A stretch of DNA of 64,000 nt from Azolla caroliniana. Its lineage: Eukaryota; Plantae; Polypodiophyta. The notes under the pieces are model-generated. The model made no database searches, was not told the origin of the DNA, and worked only from the letters and a program-made list of their open reading frames with translations. Shown here piece after piece: positions 48,989-63,390 of this stretch (position 1 is its first letter; each line of letters opens with the position of its first letter). The stretch is from positions 1,860,001-1,924,000 of the forward strand of contig JBHGNT010000022.1 in the NCBI GenBank assembly GCA_043228905.1. The letters run 5' to 3'. Position numbers and translations under genes: made by a program.

Positions 48989-51042
48989 CTATCTATAGCA
49001 ATCCATGAATATCCATTCCATGGCCCTTGCAATGGTTAGGAGTTTCAAGTAATGCATACCTGCAAACCTCTCGGGCATACCTTGGACGGGACTTATTAAG
49101 GCCGTCGATTGCACATCCATGTAACCACTTCCATCCTCGGCTTCCTTGAAAATAAGGTCGCTATCTATCCACTCTTGTGCCGACGTACTAATGACCATAT
49201 CTTCGATGAAACGGAGCTTTTTTCCATGTTCCTCGAACCTCCTCCTCGTGTCGTCCGGAACAAGGGCTAATGCTTCCGTGAACGCTTTCCGGTTAAAGAA
49301 CGCGCCCATAGAAACCTTCTCCTGGGGAGTGTGATCTCCCTCCTGTACTTTGAATGCAATAGATATGGCTTCTTTACTCTTCATTTTCACCCACAAATTC
49401 TTGAGTATATTGAATTTCCCAGCTGAGGAGAAGTATGTGTTGATGGTTATGTGCTTGGAAGGCAAATGGATTGAAGGCTTTGAGTAGATGAAATTGTCCT
49501 TATATTCATGTTGAACAACTCCAATGTGAAGGTCTTCTTTCACTGAAGCTAACTCAAGTTGCGTCTGTTTCACACCTCGGCTTTGATCTTCGATGGCCGC
49601 CCAAAATGTTCCATATCTCTCGGCCGTTTGCCTGACCGCGTCGGTTAGAACCGAGAGTGCCTCGACATTTGGTTCCTTGCTCCCATGTAATGTAAGGAAA
49701 GAGGAGATAAGCTCTATAATCAATCTCTTTGCCTCCTCATTTGGGATTAAAGCATCAAGATCCCCTCTTTCCCTATTAGGAATACAGTGGCTAAATTGGG
49801 CATGATTCATGCCCGGGACTATGACCACTGGCTTTATGGCATTCACGAAATAGTCGCCTAGTTCTTGTTTCATCGCGTACACTTCACCGGCATGTTTCAC
49901 GACGGCGGAGAGAGTGATTTGGCCATCCAGTTCCCCACACACCGTAAGCACGGGTTTTGGATATTGAACCAAGTTGTCCGGAATCGAGTGGAAGGTGCAA
50001 GCCAAGTGGATAAACCCTTTCGCTCGCTTCATCGCAAAGATTCGAGATTCCCATGCTCCCCAACTATAGGTGAGAAAGAGTGTTTATTTTTAATTTATTT
50101 TTCTGTCCATCTAGGTGCACATGTGAAGTAGCAAGGAAATTATAACAAAACAGCTAAATTACCTATGGCCACCAGCAAAGATATTTTGTAAGCCTTGTGG
50201 GCCACTCGGGAACCCTAATTTAGTTACTCTCTCCATGATTCCATCGAAGCTCGATTCGACCATGTCGGCATTTATCAACAGTTTTCCGACATCGAGGATC
50301 GCAACCCATAGCTTGAAGGGGCACTTTGATTGGATCCCTTCGAGAATGGGTATGTACTCGGAAGATTCCGTAAATGCACCAGGGAGAAAGTAGAAGAGCA
50401 CATCACTCCCTTCCTTCTGAATTGGTTCTAGTATCTATCATCATCAAAGTGGACACACAAAGACAACAAAAAAACGAAAACACAAGACCATTAGATGCTC
50501 ATGAAGAATGTGATATTTCACAACAAATTTTCATGACATGAGATCTACATTGGCAAGCATCATTCCATTGCGATCAACCGGGCAAGTATTTGTGTTAAAC
50601 GAAGGTAAGGTCCATGACTTCCTCATGTATGTTCATGGAATTAGGGTAGTATTACTAACAAGACAAGAGGAAGGTAAATCAGGATGATACATGACCATAA
50701 GGATCAAAAGGAACAAGTACATGTGTCCAAAGGAAGTAAGATCCAACACTAACTCATCTAGATCCATGGAATTTGGGTAGTATCACTTACAAGGGCCGAC
50801 GAAGATAAGTCGAACGATACATCAGAAGAAGGAAGTGTATCCGGTGGCGTGGTGAACGAGGCATTGCCGGGGATGCTAGATCGGGTTCGGCAGCTGGGGC
50901 AGGGCAGGGGCTTGGTAGGCAATAATTTGTGGAGAGAACTGAGATTCTGTTGTTGGTTAAGGATAGTTGAGCCCATTTTCAGTGGTGATGCTGCTACATA
51001 TGGAGCTGCTTGGCTATGGTGGGGAAATAATACAGTACCCAT
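48989..51042 (-). CDS. Alpha/beta-hydrolase-fold protein, copy 1. Exons 50163-50434 and 48989-50063; probable first exon ~50773-51042 with uncertain donor
   Basis: GT-AG intron 50064-50162 joins G-H-S-W-G (nucleophile elbow); GELDG (Asp) and GMNHAQF (His); Ser/Pro-rich N-terminus may be a transit peptide. Confidence 0.8.
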
Positions 51043-51140
51043 CTCCTCTGTTCTTCTTCCGACAACACTCGGTGAACAAACAAACTCCTCTCTCTTTATC
51101 CATCACTATTCTCATGAGCAAAAAGGACAGGGGAAAAATT

Positions 51141-52260
51141 TATGATGTCCACCCGAAGAAATGGTGGTGTTTCACACGTGGATCGTTCGTGCCAGTGTGG
51201 GCGACAACCGTTTCGTATGTGTGCGCATCTCCTTATGATGTCCATCCGAAGAAATGGCGATGTTCCACGTGTGGATTGTTTGTGTCGGTTTGGGCGACAA
51301 CCGTTTCGTATGTGTGCGCATCTCCTTATGATGTCCATCCGAAGAAATGGTGATGTTCCACGTGTGGATTGTTCGTGTCGGTGTGGGTGACAACCTTCTC
51401 GTATGTGTGCGCATCTTCTTATATTGGATTGTTCGTGTCGGTGTGAGCGACAATCTTTTCATATATGCAACATCTTCTTATATTGAACTGTTTGTGTCGG
51501 TGTGGATGACAACCTTTTCCTATGTGTGTGCATCTTCGTATATTGGATTGTTTGTGTCAAGTTGGGCGACAACCTTTCATATGTGTAGCATCCTCTTATA
51601 TTGGATTGTTCGTATCAATGTGGGTGACGACCTTTTCATATGTGTAGCATCTTTTTATATTGGATTGTTCATATCAGTTTAGGCAATAACCTTTCCGTAT
51701 GTGTGTACATATCTCCTTATATTGGCCCAAAGTTACTCGTAGGGAAAGGATTCAAATCAGGGGATTTAGTTTTCATTCGATGACTAAAACACGCCCCAAG
51801 AAATGGGTGTGTTTCGTGCGTGGATTGTTTCATGTCGATGTGCATGTCAACCTTTTCGTATGTGCACATCTCTCCTTATATTGGCCCAAAGTTACTTCTA
51901 GTGAGTGGATTTGAATGGCACAATTCATGTTTCGTTTGGTGAGTAAACACACCCCAAGAAAATTGTGGTGTTTGACATGTAGATTGTTCATGTCGGGATG
52001 GGTGACAACCTTTCGTATGTGTGCACATATCTCTCCTTATACTGGCCCATAGTTACTCCAAGTGAAGGAATTCAATGGGGGCGACTCAATGTTCATTCAA
52101 AAACTAAAACGCGTTTCATGTATGGAATGTTCTTGTCTGGCTAGATGACAACCTTTCCGTATGTGTGTGCATCTCCTTATATTGGCCAACTATTACTCCT
52201 AGTGAAAGGATTCAGTGAGGCGATTAAGTTTTCATTCAATGACTAAACATGCACAACCAT
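51141..52260. repeat. Degenerating tandem array (93-bp, then ~60-bp, then longer units) between the two hydrolase genes
   Basis: GGATTGTT..TGTCGG..GACAACC..CGTATGTGTGCGCATCTCCTTAT recurs more than 10 times. Confidence 0.85.
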
Positions 52261-53065
52261 TCCTCGTGGAGTGGGAGCTAGTTTGACGCATTTGTTGTTC
52301 TTAAAGAAGAGGCAACTTTTGAAGACATAATCTCTTCTTTTGTGGTATATCAGGTCATTTTGGCCTCTTAAAAAACATTGGTGTATCTTTCTTTGTTTGT
52401 TTTTCTCACATTATTACTCTACCACATGTGTATTGAATTCAAAACGTATGGGGAACTGATGCACAATTGATTGATGAATTAATTTAGATAAAAATGACTT
52501 TTCTTACATCTTCCAATAAATTGCATGTAAAAGAGTGTGTGTTGTCCATGGTGAATTTAGAATTGCCACTTTTGAACACTATCTATTACGTTCATCCTCT
52601 ATGTTAAAATTGGGTCATCATGGTCATTGAATGTTATCATGGTTGTGATGAACATTATGGATCACAAAGAGTCTACTTTGGTCATCCATTGAGACATAGT
52701 CCAGTCCACTATGCTTCTTACTTAATTTCTCTATATTTTATTTTACTTATTTATTACACTTTTTAGCTCCTATTGTTTGGGAATTGTTTCTTTGTTAATT
52801 ATCCATATATCTTTTCATGTAGGAAACAATTGGGAATGATGAGAAAGTAGCACATAATCTACATATTTTTGTTGGTATTTTGGATGAGAGAATATAAAAG
52901 ACATAAGAGGTGTTTATTGAGAACAACCGATATCTTTATCCTACAAGATGGTGTAGCTTGAAGTGGGAGAGGTTCACACAAATATTGTATAAAATACTAT
53001 AGTCATCTATTACTCCCAATGAAAAATAAGTTCTAGATATTCATTAAGTTCATATGGCTATTTGT

Positions 53066-55058
53066 CTATCTATAGCAATCCATGAATATCCATTCCATGG
53101 CCCTTGCAACCGTTAGGAGTTTCAAGTAATGCATACCCGCAAACCTCTCAGGCATACCTTGGACAGAACTTATTGAGGTCGTTGATTGCACATCCATGTA
53201 ACCACTTCCGTCCTCGGCTTCCTTGAAAATAAGGTCGCTATCTATCCACTCTTGTCCTGACGTTCTTATGACCATATCTTCGACGAAACGGAGCTTTTTT
53301 CCGTGTTCCTTGAACCTCCTCCTAGTGTCGTCCGGAACTAGGGCTAATGCTTCCATGAACGCTTTCTCGTTAAAGAATGCACCCATAGAAACCTTCTCTT
53401 GGGGAGTGTGATATTCCTCTTGTAGTTTGAATGCAATAGATATGGCTTCTTTACTCTTCATTTTCACCCACAAATTCTTGAGTACATTGAATTTCCCAAC
53501 TGGGGAGAAGTATGTGTTGATGGTTATGTGCTTGGAAGGCAAATGGATTGATGGCTTTGAGTAGATAAAGTTGTCCTTATATTCATGTTCAACAACTCCA
53601 ATGTGAAGGTCTTCTTTCACTGAAGCTAACTCAAGTTGCATCTGTTTCACACCTCGGCTTTGATCTTCGATGGCCGCCCAAAATGTTCCATATCTCTCGG
53701 TTGTTTGCCTGACCGCGTCGGTTAGAACCGAGAGTGCCTCGTCATTTGGTTCCTTGCTCCCATGTAATGTTAGGAAAGAGGAGATAAGCTCTATAATCAA
53801 TCTCTTTGCCTCCTCATTTGGGATTAAAGCATCAAGATCCCCTCTTTCCCTATTAGGAATACAGTGGCTAAATTGGGCATGATTCATGCCCGGGACTATG
53901 ACCACTGGCTTTATGGCATTCACGAAATAGTCGCCTAGTTCTTGTTTCATCGCGTACACTTCACCAGCATGTTTCACGATGGCGGCGAGAGTGATTTGTC
54001 CATCCATTTCTCCACAAACCATAAGCACTGGTTTCGGATATTGAACCAAGTTGTCCAGAATCAAGTGAAAGGTGCAAGCCAAGTGGATAAGTCCTTTTGC
54101 TCTCTTCTTTGCAAAACCTCGAGATTCCCATGCTCCCCAACTATAGGTGAGAAAGCGTGTTTTTTATTTTGGCCCATGTAGGTGCATATGGTATGTAGCA
54201 ATGAAATTATATAACAAAACAAACAAATTACCTATGGCCACCAACAAAGATATTTTGCGAGCCTTGTGGACCACTTGGGAACCCTAGTTTAGTTACTCTC
54301 GCGATGATTCCATCAAAGCTCGATTCGACCATGTCGGCATTTATCAGCATTTTTCCGATGTCGAGGATTGCAACCCATAGCTTGAAGGGGCATTTTGATT
54401 GTATTCCTTTGAGAATGGGGATGTATTCAGAAGATGTCGTAAATGCGCCGGGGAGAAAGTAGAAAAGCACATCATTGCCCTTCTTTTGAATTGGTTCTAA
54501 TATCTATCATCATCAAAGTGAACACACAAAGACGAAAGCAACAAGACCATTAAATGCATGAAGGATGTGACACTAGATTTCCATTGGCAAGCATCATTCC
54601 ACTGAGATCACATCACTTCCGACAACTATATCATATATGTATTGAAAGGACACAAGATTCATAAGATACATATCTATAATCGTTGAAGAAAACTATGATC
54701 CATCACATTTTGGTGCTCATATACATTAAGGGAGACATCCTTTCAGAGTGCTCACATCAATTCTAGTGTCTATACACATCATAAGAAACATCTTGAGAGT
54801 GAGATCACATCACTATTCATCTTTAAAGGTAAGCATAAATATCGATCATATGTGCGGACATTTGGACTTGATGTCTCGTGGCCATAAAACCTCATCCTTG
54901 GGCCAGAGGCACATGAAACCACCGAGATCTGGCGGCACCATTTACTGGTGTACCGAAAATACGAGAGTCAATGGACCCTATAGGTTTCCATACATAACAG
55001 ATCTTGAACTCATGAGTTCATTCAGATTCTGGAATATTTACGTGCATACACACACACA

Positions 55059-55108
<50 letters not shown>

Positions 55109-55348
55109 CATCCCCATTAGTTCCCTGAATCATAAGAGAAAAGCAAGAACCCGGGTAGTACTATTTACAAGGGCAGAGGACAACAAATCCGATGACACGT
55201 TCGAAGAAGGAAGAGAATCGAGAGACAATGGCGAGGAGGACGCGGACGTGGTGGAGACATTGCCGGGAAGAACGTGGAGGTCGGCCGATTCGGTGACCGA
55301 CAATTTGTTGGGAAAATGGAGGTGGTCTTGTTGGTCTTGAGTAGCCAT
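53066..55348 (-). CDS. Alpha/beta-hydrolase-fold protein, copy 2. Exons ~55151-55348, 54232-54503 and 53066-54140
   Basis: Close paralogue of copy 1; same intron positions; GHSWG, GEMDG and GMNH motifs; open frame. Confidence 0.82.
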
Positions 55349-56180
55349 AGATGTAAGGCCACCTCTGGTGGTGATGCTGCAATACAATTATACAAGATAT
55401 TGTAGCCTTTGTATCTTGTGGTGTCACTGGGTTCAACTATGAAGTGGTGGATTGTGGCCAAATTTGGCAAGGATTGGGCCAAAATTGGGCATCCATTATC
55501 CCCCCCACACATACATAAAAAAAAGTGAAGAAGTTGTCAAGAATGGGGGTGGGACATATGTCGTCATCAAAATTGGTTCCTATCCATATGTACAAAACTT
55601 GCTCATTTCGGTCATCAAAATTGATAATTTCTATTGATATGTTCAAAACTTGCTCATTTTAGCCTTCCATGGAGATGATGGGTCAAGCATGTGCGGTTGC
55701 GGTAGGTCCAATGCTGATGACAAGATCAAGACAAAAATAAATAAACAAATAAATAATAAATTGCAAGGTTAAAAATAGAAAAATATATCTAAAAAAAGAG
55801 AGGAAGTTGTCGGGAAATGGGTGGACATACATATGTTATCAAAATCGGTTTCTATTGATATTTACAAAATTTGCTCGTTTTGGCCCTTTATGGAGATGAT
55901 GGGTCAAGCACGTGTGGTTGTAGTTGGTCCAATGCCGATGATAAAATCAAGACAAAAATAAATAAGCAAATAAGTAATAAATTGCAAGTTTTAAAAAATA
56001 GAAAAAAATAGAAAAAAAAATCAATATAAATATGATTTTGGTAACAATAATAATATTAAATTAAATAAATAAATAAATTAATATAAATTGACTCGAGTTA
56101 ACTTGATCCACGAGTGTAGAATGTGCCCACTAGTAAATTCCCCTTATTTTTAAGAAAATCAGTAGGGTCCATCCGTACGG

Positions 56181-56612
56181 TGTCGCGGAAATCCGCGGCC
56201 TTGAGGGTCGGCTTGGGTGGGATCACTGGGGTCATGAACTAGGGAGGAAGGAAACATGAGGTTGAGCTTGGATGCCTTGCTCTTTGGGCCGGACTGGTCC
56301 CTCCTATCCGGTTGGACAGACTCCGTCTATCGATCGGCTCGTCCGATCCTACTTTTGGCTTGTCCAACTTGGTCGGTCGAATCAGACTCGGAGCAGATGC
56401 AACTTTGCACTGACGTACAGATGGGCCCTCAACCCCGATCCACACTTCGTGACCGTGCCGGATGCAATATGATTGAGAGAAAAAAGGGGAACACACTCAC
56501 ATAGACAAAATCCGATAGAGAGAAAGGATGACAAAAATAGACAACGTAGATTCAACCACAACACGATTTGACTAAATTAATGACAGATAAACCCAACTGA
56601 ATACAATCGTAG
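56181..56612 (-). mobile_element. U5-end fragment of a D-related gypsy LTR, interrupted by the next element
   Basis: Starts TGTCGCGG..GGGATCACTGGGG, like the U5 termini at 29392 and 57484 (reverse complement). Confidence 0.5.
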
Positions 56613-58245
56613 TGTCGTGGAGGATTTCGGAAAAAGGGAGAAAGGCCGCCGAATGCGTATGAACGGGGAATTTCGGCCACCAGAAGGAGAACTCGCCGGA
56701 TCCACGTGAACACGAGGTGTGCAAGTATGCACATGAAAGGGGAGTCCTTATTAAAAACAAATGTACATATTGACGTATTTGTAAGTACTAGGTAGAGAAT
56801 GTTATAGGGTACTTTAATGTCCTTAAAAAAGAGGATAATAAAGTATGTGATGAGAGAGAATCGAGGGGAGGATCATTGACAGAAATCGGTTGTCATGAAT
56901 GTTGATGTTACTGACTCCTTGAACTTAGTCCACAAAAGGAGGGAAGGAAGACCATTTGTGACATCACCATCGTTTGGGAGGTCGAAGTGTTGTCAGTTTG
57001 GGCTTTGAATTCCCGGTTTTTGTTCTATTATTCCGGTGTGGTAGGGGGACGCCTCTGTTCATGTCGGAAGCCCGCGTGCTCCCGATCAGAGGCTCATTAG
57101 TGTCTACGCGGGTGTCTCAAGAGCTCGAAGCTCTATTACCGGCCGAGTCCGGTTGTATCTCTCTTTGTCATAAGTTAATCAATTATTTTGTCGCATCCGG
57201 ATTTCTCTGTGTTAATGTGAATCTCTCTGATGTCCACATTCTCATCGTCACTCCCCTTTCGCTTGCGTGCATATCCGAGTCCCCGAGCCTGTGTGCTCAC
57301 CATCCAGAATCCGGTAACAGGTCCAGAATAGATTGCGTGTGTGGGCCCATGTGCTTGTGAAGATATATGGTAGCCGAACCGGATAGTCTCTCTCTCTCTC
57401 TCTCTTTCTCTCTCACCGGCTGCTTGGTACAAGGCCCCGGTGGTCCCGACCCGATCCGACACATACTCACGGAAAACTGCGACAACTTTGGTGAACCGAG
57501 TGAACATGGCCGCAAAGGAGTCGAGATGAGGGGAAGTGAGCTCGCAGAAGCAATGGTGGTAGTTGTCGACCGCCTTGTGAATGCTCGGGAGAGCGCGAAT
57601 GGCCTCGATAGTGCCATAGAAATGATAATCGACACGATGGGCCGATTCAACGGTAAAGACGTCTCAACCTACTTGACGTCCTATGAGGCCGAAATGTTAA
57701 TGCTGGACATCCCGGAGGACAGACAACTGTCTGAATTCCCGCGAGTTGTCACCTCGAGCATCCACACAGAGGTGCTCGAGATTCAGGCCCACTACCAAAA
57801 CTAGTTGGAGCTCGAGGGGCGACTCCTCGAGAGGTACAACATCAATGACACACTCCAAATGTCGAAACGGGAGCTTATGGAATGGGTCGAATCACCTGGA
57901 GAAGGACGGAACACATCGACGCTCCTCCAGGAGTTTGAGAAACGGTTCGCGTGACTCTCAGTGCTGAACTGGACCGTGCTAGACACAAGCAAGGTAATGT
58001 TATTCATCAAGTCAGTTGACCCGCTTGATTGAGAGAAAGTTGGTCTCATGTAGGAGATGGACGAGGGTCTCACGACCGACTGGGATGTCATGAAGAGAGT
58101 CTACAACCAATTCGACAAACAACACAAATGGAACGACGCAAGGTCTTCCTCAACCGGCCCGACTATAGGGAGGATGACGAGAGAAGTGTTGACTCGGTCG
58201 GACGAGATGAGTCGAAGGTTCGAGTCGGGCCCGACACCGGCTAAC
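56613..58245 (+). mobile_element. 5' part of a tRNA-Trp-primed gypsy element related to D
   Basis: LTR TGTCGTG..GCGACA 56613-57484; degenerate PBS TGGTGAACCGAGTG 57489-57502; gag-like GRFNGKDVSTYLTSYEAEM with stops. Confidence 0.75.
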
Positions 58246-58275
58246 TGTAAAAGCTATTTGCGAAAGCGTAGAAAT

Positions 58276-61200
58276 TGTTGAGAATCGATTCGTAAAACCA
58301 CAAGATCAAACGATACTGAAAATACACAACACGGCCACACAACGACACAGTACACAGAGATTTACGTGGGAACCCTAAAACGGGAGAAAACCACGGGAGA
58401 GGGAATAAAACTTCACTATACAGTGGATGTCCAAGACAGAGATTACAACACTCTGATTATGAGTGTATCAACCACACAAGGTTCTTGGCGTCTGTTGTTA
58501 CGCACACAGTTATGGCGCCGCTCTCTCTCCTTCTCTCTCTGTCTCTCTCACACGCGTCTCTCTTACGCACACTTCTCACATGTCGTCTATTTACCCTAGA
58601 TGTATTTATACTAATACATCTTATGGACTATTTACAATTGTAGACACTACTACATATCATTACTATTATTATTACTATAATAATAATAATAGTATGTTTA
58701 AACAATCAACTCTTTGTTTTCAACTCTTCGACTGTCGGCTATCAGTTGTTGGCTATTTCCAAACAATCGGTTCCTCCCACTGGAGAGACATATCCCCAGC
58801 AAACTCCCCCTTCACTCCTGTGGGAGGGAGTCAGTCAATCATGTCTTCTGTCGACAGACTCTTAAGTCTGTCCATAGGTAGGTTCTTTGTGAGCATGTCG
58901 GATCCATTGTTATCCATGTGGATCTTCACAAGTGTAAACTCACCTTCTTCAACTTTCTCCCGCAACCAGGGATACCTTCTTTGTATGTGCTTGGTCTGGG
59001 AGTGATATGCAGCATTCTTGGCAAGATGTATGGCACTTTGGTTGTCACAATGAAGCAAGAACTCCCTCTGCTTCATCCCTAGCTCATTGAGAAAATTTCT
59101 CATCCAGATAAGCTCTTTCCCGGCCTCTACCGCTGCCATATACTCTGCCTTTGTAGTCAACAATGCTACAGACTTCTGTAGTCGTGATTGCCACGACACT
59201 ACTCCCCCTCCATAGGTCATCACGTACCCTGACGTGGATCGGCTTGAGTCTACATCTCCGTACATGTCCGAGTCGGAAAAACCTTCCAGCATAGGTTTTC
59301 CGACACCATATCCTAGGCTTTCCGACACCATACCCTAGGCACACCCCTGAGGTGCCTTTTAAGTACCTGAGTATCCACTTCACCGTTGCCTAGTGTTCGC
59401 TTCCTGGATTACTCATATATCGGCTTACTGCTCCCACAACAAATGCTATGTCTGGTCTTGTACAAACCATAGCATACATTAAACTGCCGCCGGTCGAGGC
59501 ATATGGTACCTTCCTCATCTCGGCCTTCTCCTTCTCCCCTTTCAAGCACTGCTTCGCATTCAACTTGCAGTTTGTCGGCAACACCGAGCCGACCAGCTTT
59601 GCATCTGACATGTTGAACCTTTCTAGGATCTTCGTCACATACCTTTGTTGTGACGAGCATAACACCTTTCGAGTTCTATCTTGAACTATGTGCATTCCTA
59701 AGATTTTTTTAGTCGGTCCAAGGTCATTCATGGCAAACGGCCTGCTTGGAGCTTTCTTCAAGCTTCCAATCTTCCTTGTGTCTTGACCGACTATCAACAT
59801 GTCATCAACATATAATAAGAGAATCAAGAAGTCTCCTTCTACGTACCTTTTGACAAACACACAATGATCGGCCTGGTGCAACTGGTGTGAATAATTCGTC
59901 AAAGTTGATGCCCTTTTTCTGTTGAAAACCCTTCACCACTAAGCGAGCTTTATACCTGGGCTCACTGTCGGCTTCTCCAGTCTTCACCTTGTAGACCCAC
60001 TTATTCCTTAGTGCTCTCTTACCTTTCGGCGGCTCTACCAAGTTGTAGGTGTAATTCTCGTGCGAGGATTCCATCTCATCTTGCATCGCGCTTAGCCATT
60101 TCTCTCTGTGCTCGTCGGCAATGGCTTCTTCATAGCACTCCAGTTCACTTTCATCAGTCAAGAGGATGTATTGACTGGAATATGTTGTCGGTGCTTTCCT
60201 TTCTTTGAGTGGGTAGCTCCTTCCACACGTTGTTGGCTCTCTTTCAGATGTCTCTAATAACTCTTCTCTTCACTCGCATTCCTGCACGTCAATCGGCATC
60301 TCCAGGTTGGACGACTCCAACTCATACTCTTCAATTGACCTTAGCAGCTCTGCTGACTCTGACTCATAGTCGATCGGTCTCTCCGAGTCGACCGACTCGG
60401 ATTTGGCTGTGCCGACTAACCATCTCCGAATAGCCGACGTTGTCGGCTCACTTGACCTTAGATCAACGATAGTCGGGGTTGACTGGGGAGTCGTATCTTG
60501 CTTCTGTTGCTTCCAGTCTTCAATCGTCTTTTCTTCAAGAAAGACTACATCCCGACTTCTCACTACCTTCTTGTTGACTAGGTCCTATAGCCTATAGCCG
60601 AACTCATCTTCCGAGTATCCCATGAATATGCATGCTTTCGACTTACTGTCGAGCTTTGACCTCTGATCCTTCGGTACATGCATATACCCGAAACATCCGA
60701 ACACCCTTAGGTGTTGGTAGGAGACATCCTTCCCTGTCCACACTCTCTGTGGGACATCACCCTTTAATGGTACTGAGGGAAACTTGTTGATCATATAAAT
60801 AGTTGTGTACATCGCCTCAACCCAATAGGATTTCAGCAGTTTCGCATGAGAGAGCATGCTCCTTATCCTCTCCATGATTGTTCGATTCATCCTCTCTGCA
60901 AACCCGTTCAACTCTGGGGTCTTTGGCACTGTGTATTCAATCTGAATACCTTGGCACTTGCAGTATTCCTCGAATTTCCCTCTATACTCACCACCATTGT
61001 CGGTTCGAACAACCTTCAGCTTCCGACCCGACTCTCATTCAGCTCTAGCTTGGAACTCCTTGAAAATCGACAACACCTTGATCCTTCGACTTTAGTACGA
61101 AGGCCCATGTCTTCCCACTATAGTCGTCGATGAACGTCACAAAGTATTGTCCACCTCGATGCGATGGAGCATCTACACAACACACATCTGTGTGTACCAG

Positions 61201-63175
61201 TTCTAGTGCAACTTCTCTTCTTATTGGTGGTTTTGTGTGGAATGTTGATCTGTTCTGCTTTCCGACTAAGCAGTCGATGCACTTCTCCAAGTGCACTCCC
61301 TTGACTTCTGGTAGAAGTTTTTGGCCGGTTAGCAGGTGCATTCCTTTCTCACTCATGTGGCCTAGCCTCTTATGCCACATTTACTTCCGATTTACACAGT
61401 TGGGCATGGATCATATATAATGTGCCTTCTTTCTGTGCTCGGGCCACTATAAGATTTCCTCGGCAGAACTTCCACTTGCCATTCCGAAAGCTACCACTAT
61501 AGCCTTCGTCATCTAACCTTCCAATCGATATCAGATTCAATCTGATATCGGGGACGTGTCGAACATCCTTCAGAGTCAGTTGATACCCTGTCGACATCGT
61601 CAAGCAGACACTTCCGACTCCGGGTATCTTGCACTCTCCATTATCACCCATTTTCACATAACCGTGATCTCCGACTATGTAAGTCGAGAAATAATCTCTC
61701 AACGGAGTTATATGGAACGATGCCCCGGAATCGATCACCCAAGTGCATTCTTCACTTGCAAGATTTGCACTTGTCCATTCACAAATGAACAACAGTTCTT
61801 CATTGCTCGTAGCAATGGCAAAAGTGTTCTTCTCATCAGGATTCTTCTTGGGTTCGACATTGTTTCTGACACCCTTGTCTTTTCTCATGTGTCGGCAGTC
61901 CTTCTAGAAGTGTCTAGGTTTACCACAATAAAAGCACACTAGCTTACCTCTGGACTTCGATCTGGCTTGGGACTTTTCTCTCCTTGGTGGACTTCTTTGC
62001 TGGTTCCATCCTCTATCCGAATGTTGTGTTACATTCGACTCCGACTGGGACAGGACTCCCTTGTCCTTCCTCCTTGCCTCCTCATTTAGGATGCTTCTCT
62101 TTACGGTTTGTAAAGACAAGTTCTCTTCTTGACAAGAGATGCTGAGAGTAACCACCAGGTTCTCCCAGCTATTTGGCAGTGTGCACATCAACAGAATGGC
62201 CTACATCGCATCATCCAGGGGAAACTTGGTTGCAGCAAGTTGATTCACATACCCCATGAATGTGTTGATGTGTTCAACGATGCTCTCATCGTCTTTGTAT
62301 TTCAGCCATATGATCTTTCTCATCAGTGAGGTTTTATTGAGCGCATTCTTCCTCTCATATAGACCCGACAGCTTCTGCCACATCTCGTGTGCATTTGTGT
62401 CATTCACTACATGTTGCAAGACACTTACGTCGACGCATTGTCGGATGGTGGCCATCGCCTTTCTGTTAAGAAGTTTCCAATCTGACTCCAATACCCCCTG
62501 GGTATATCTGCTCTGTCGACTGGCTCATATAGGTCTTTGACTATGAGAAGGTCCTCCATCTTTATCTTCCAGTCTGCATAGTTATGTGAGTTTAGAACTA
62601 TCATGCCTGGGAAGCCGCTCACACCTCCTTCCATGCTTGCACCTCAAGCTCTGATAGCAAATTGTTGAGAATTGATTCGTAAAACCACAAGATCAAACGA
62701 TACTGAAAATACACAACGACACAGTACACAGATATTTATGTGGAAACCCTAAAACGGGAGAAAACCACGTGAGAGGGAAAAAAACTTCACTATACAGTGG
62801 ATGTCCAGGACAGAGATTACAACACTCTGATTATGAGTGTATCAACCACACAAGGTTCTTGGTGTCTGCTGTTACGCACATAGCTATGGCGCCGCTCTCT
62901 CTCCCTCTCTCTTTGTTTCTCTCACACATGTCTCTCTTACGCACACTTATCACAAGTTGTCTGTTTGCCCTAGATGTATTTATACTGATACATCATATGG
63001 ACTATTTACAATTGTAGCCACTGCTACATATCATTACTATTATTATTACTATAATAATAACAATAGTCTGTTTAAATAATCGACTCTCTGTTGTCAACTC
63101 TTCGACTGTCGGCTATCGGTTGTTGGCTATTTCCGAACAGTCGGTTCCTCCCACTGGAGGGACATATCCCCAATA
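58276..63175 (-). mobile_element. Older Ty1/copia element H (Tnt1/Tork-like), inserted in an A/B/C-type copia LTR (58246-58275 and 63176-~63390)
   Basis: LTRs 58276-58801 and 62663-63175; TSD GAAAT/GAAAC; decayed iMet PBS at ~62648-62659; PPT next to 58802; gag, PR, INT, RT (YVDD) and RH fragments. Confidence 0.92.
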
Positions 63176-63390
63176 GAAACAACGGGCCCAGTCGGACAAC
63201 AAAAGACAATACACGGGTTTAATGGAAAGCTTCAAATGCACAGAAAGAGAGCGGGAGAGACAGAGAGAGTGGAACATAAACTCAATTCAAAATAATAAAT
63301 ACTCTATATATTGAATGTGCTGAGAGAGCACTTTTATCCAAGTCCTTAAAAGGATTGATTCAAGTACCGACAGTACTTGAATGCTTTAGT

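Noticed and set aside
51141-52260. CRISPR-like array
   Set aside because: No unique spacers, long degenerate units, eukaryotic context and no cas genes
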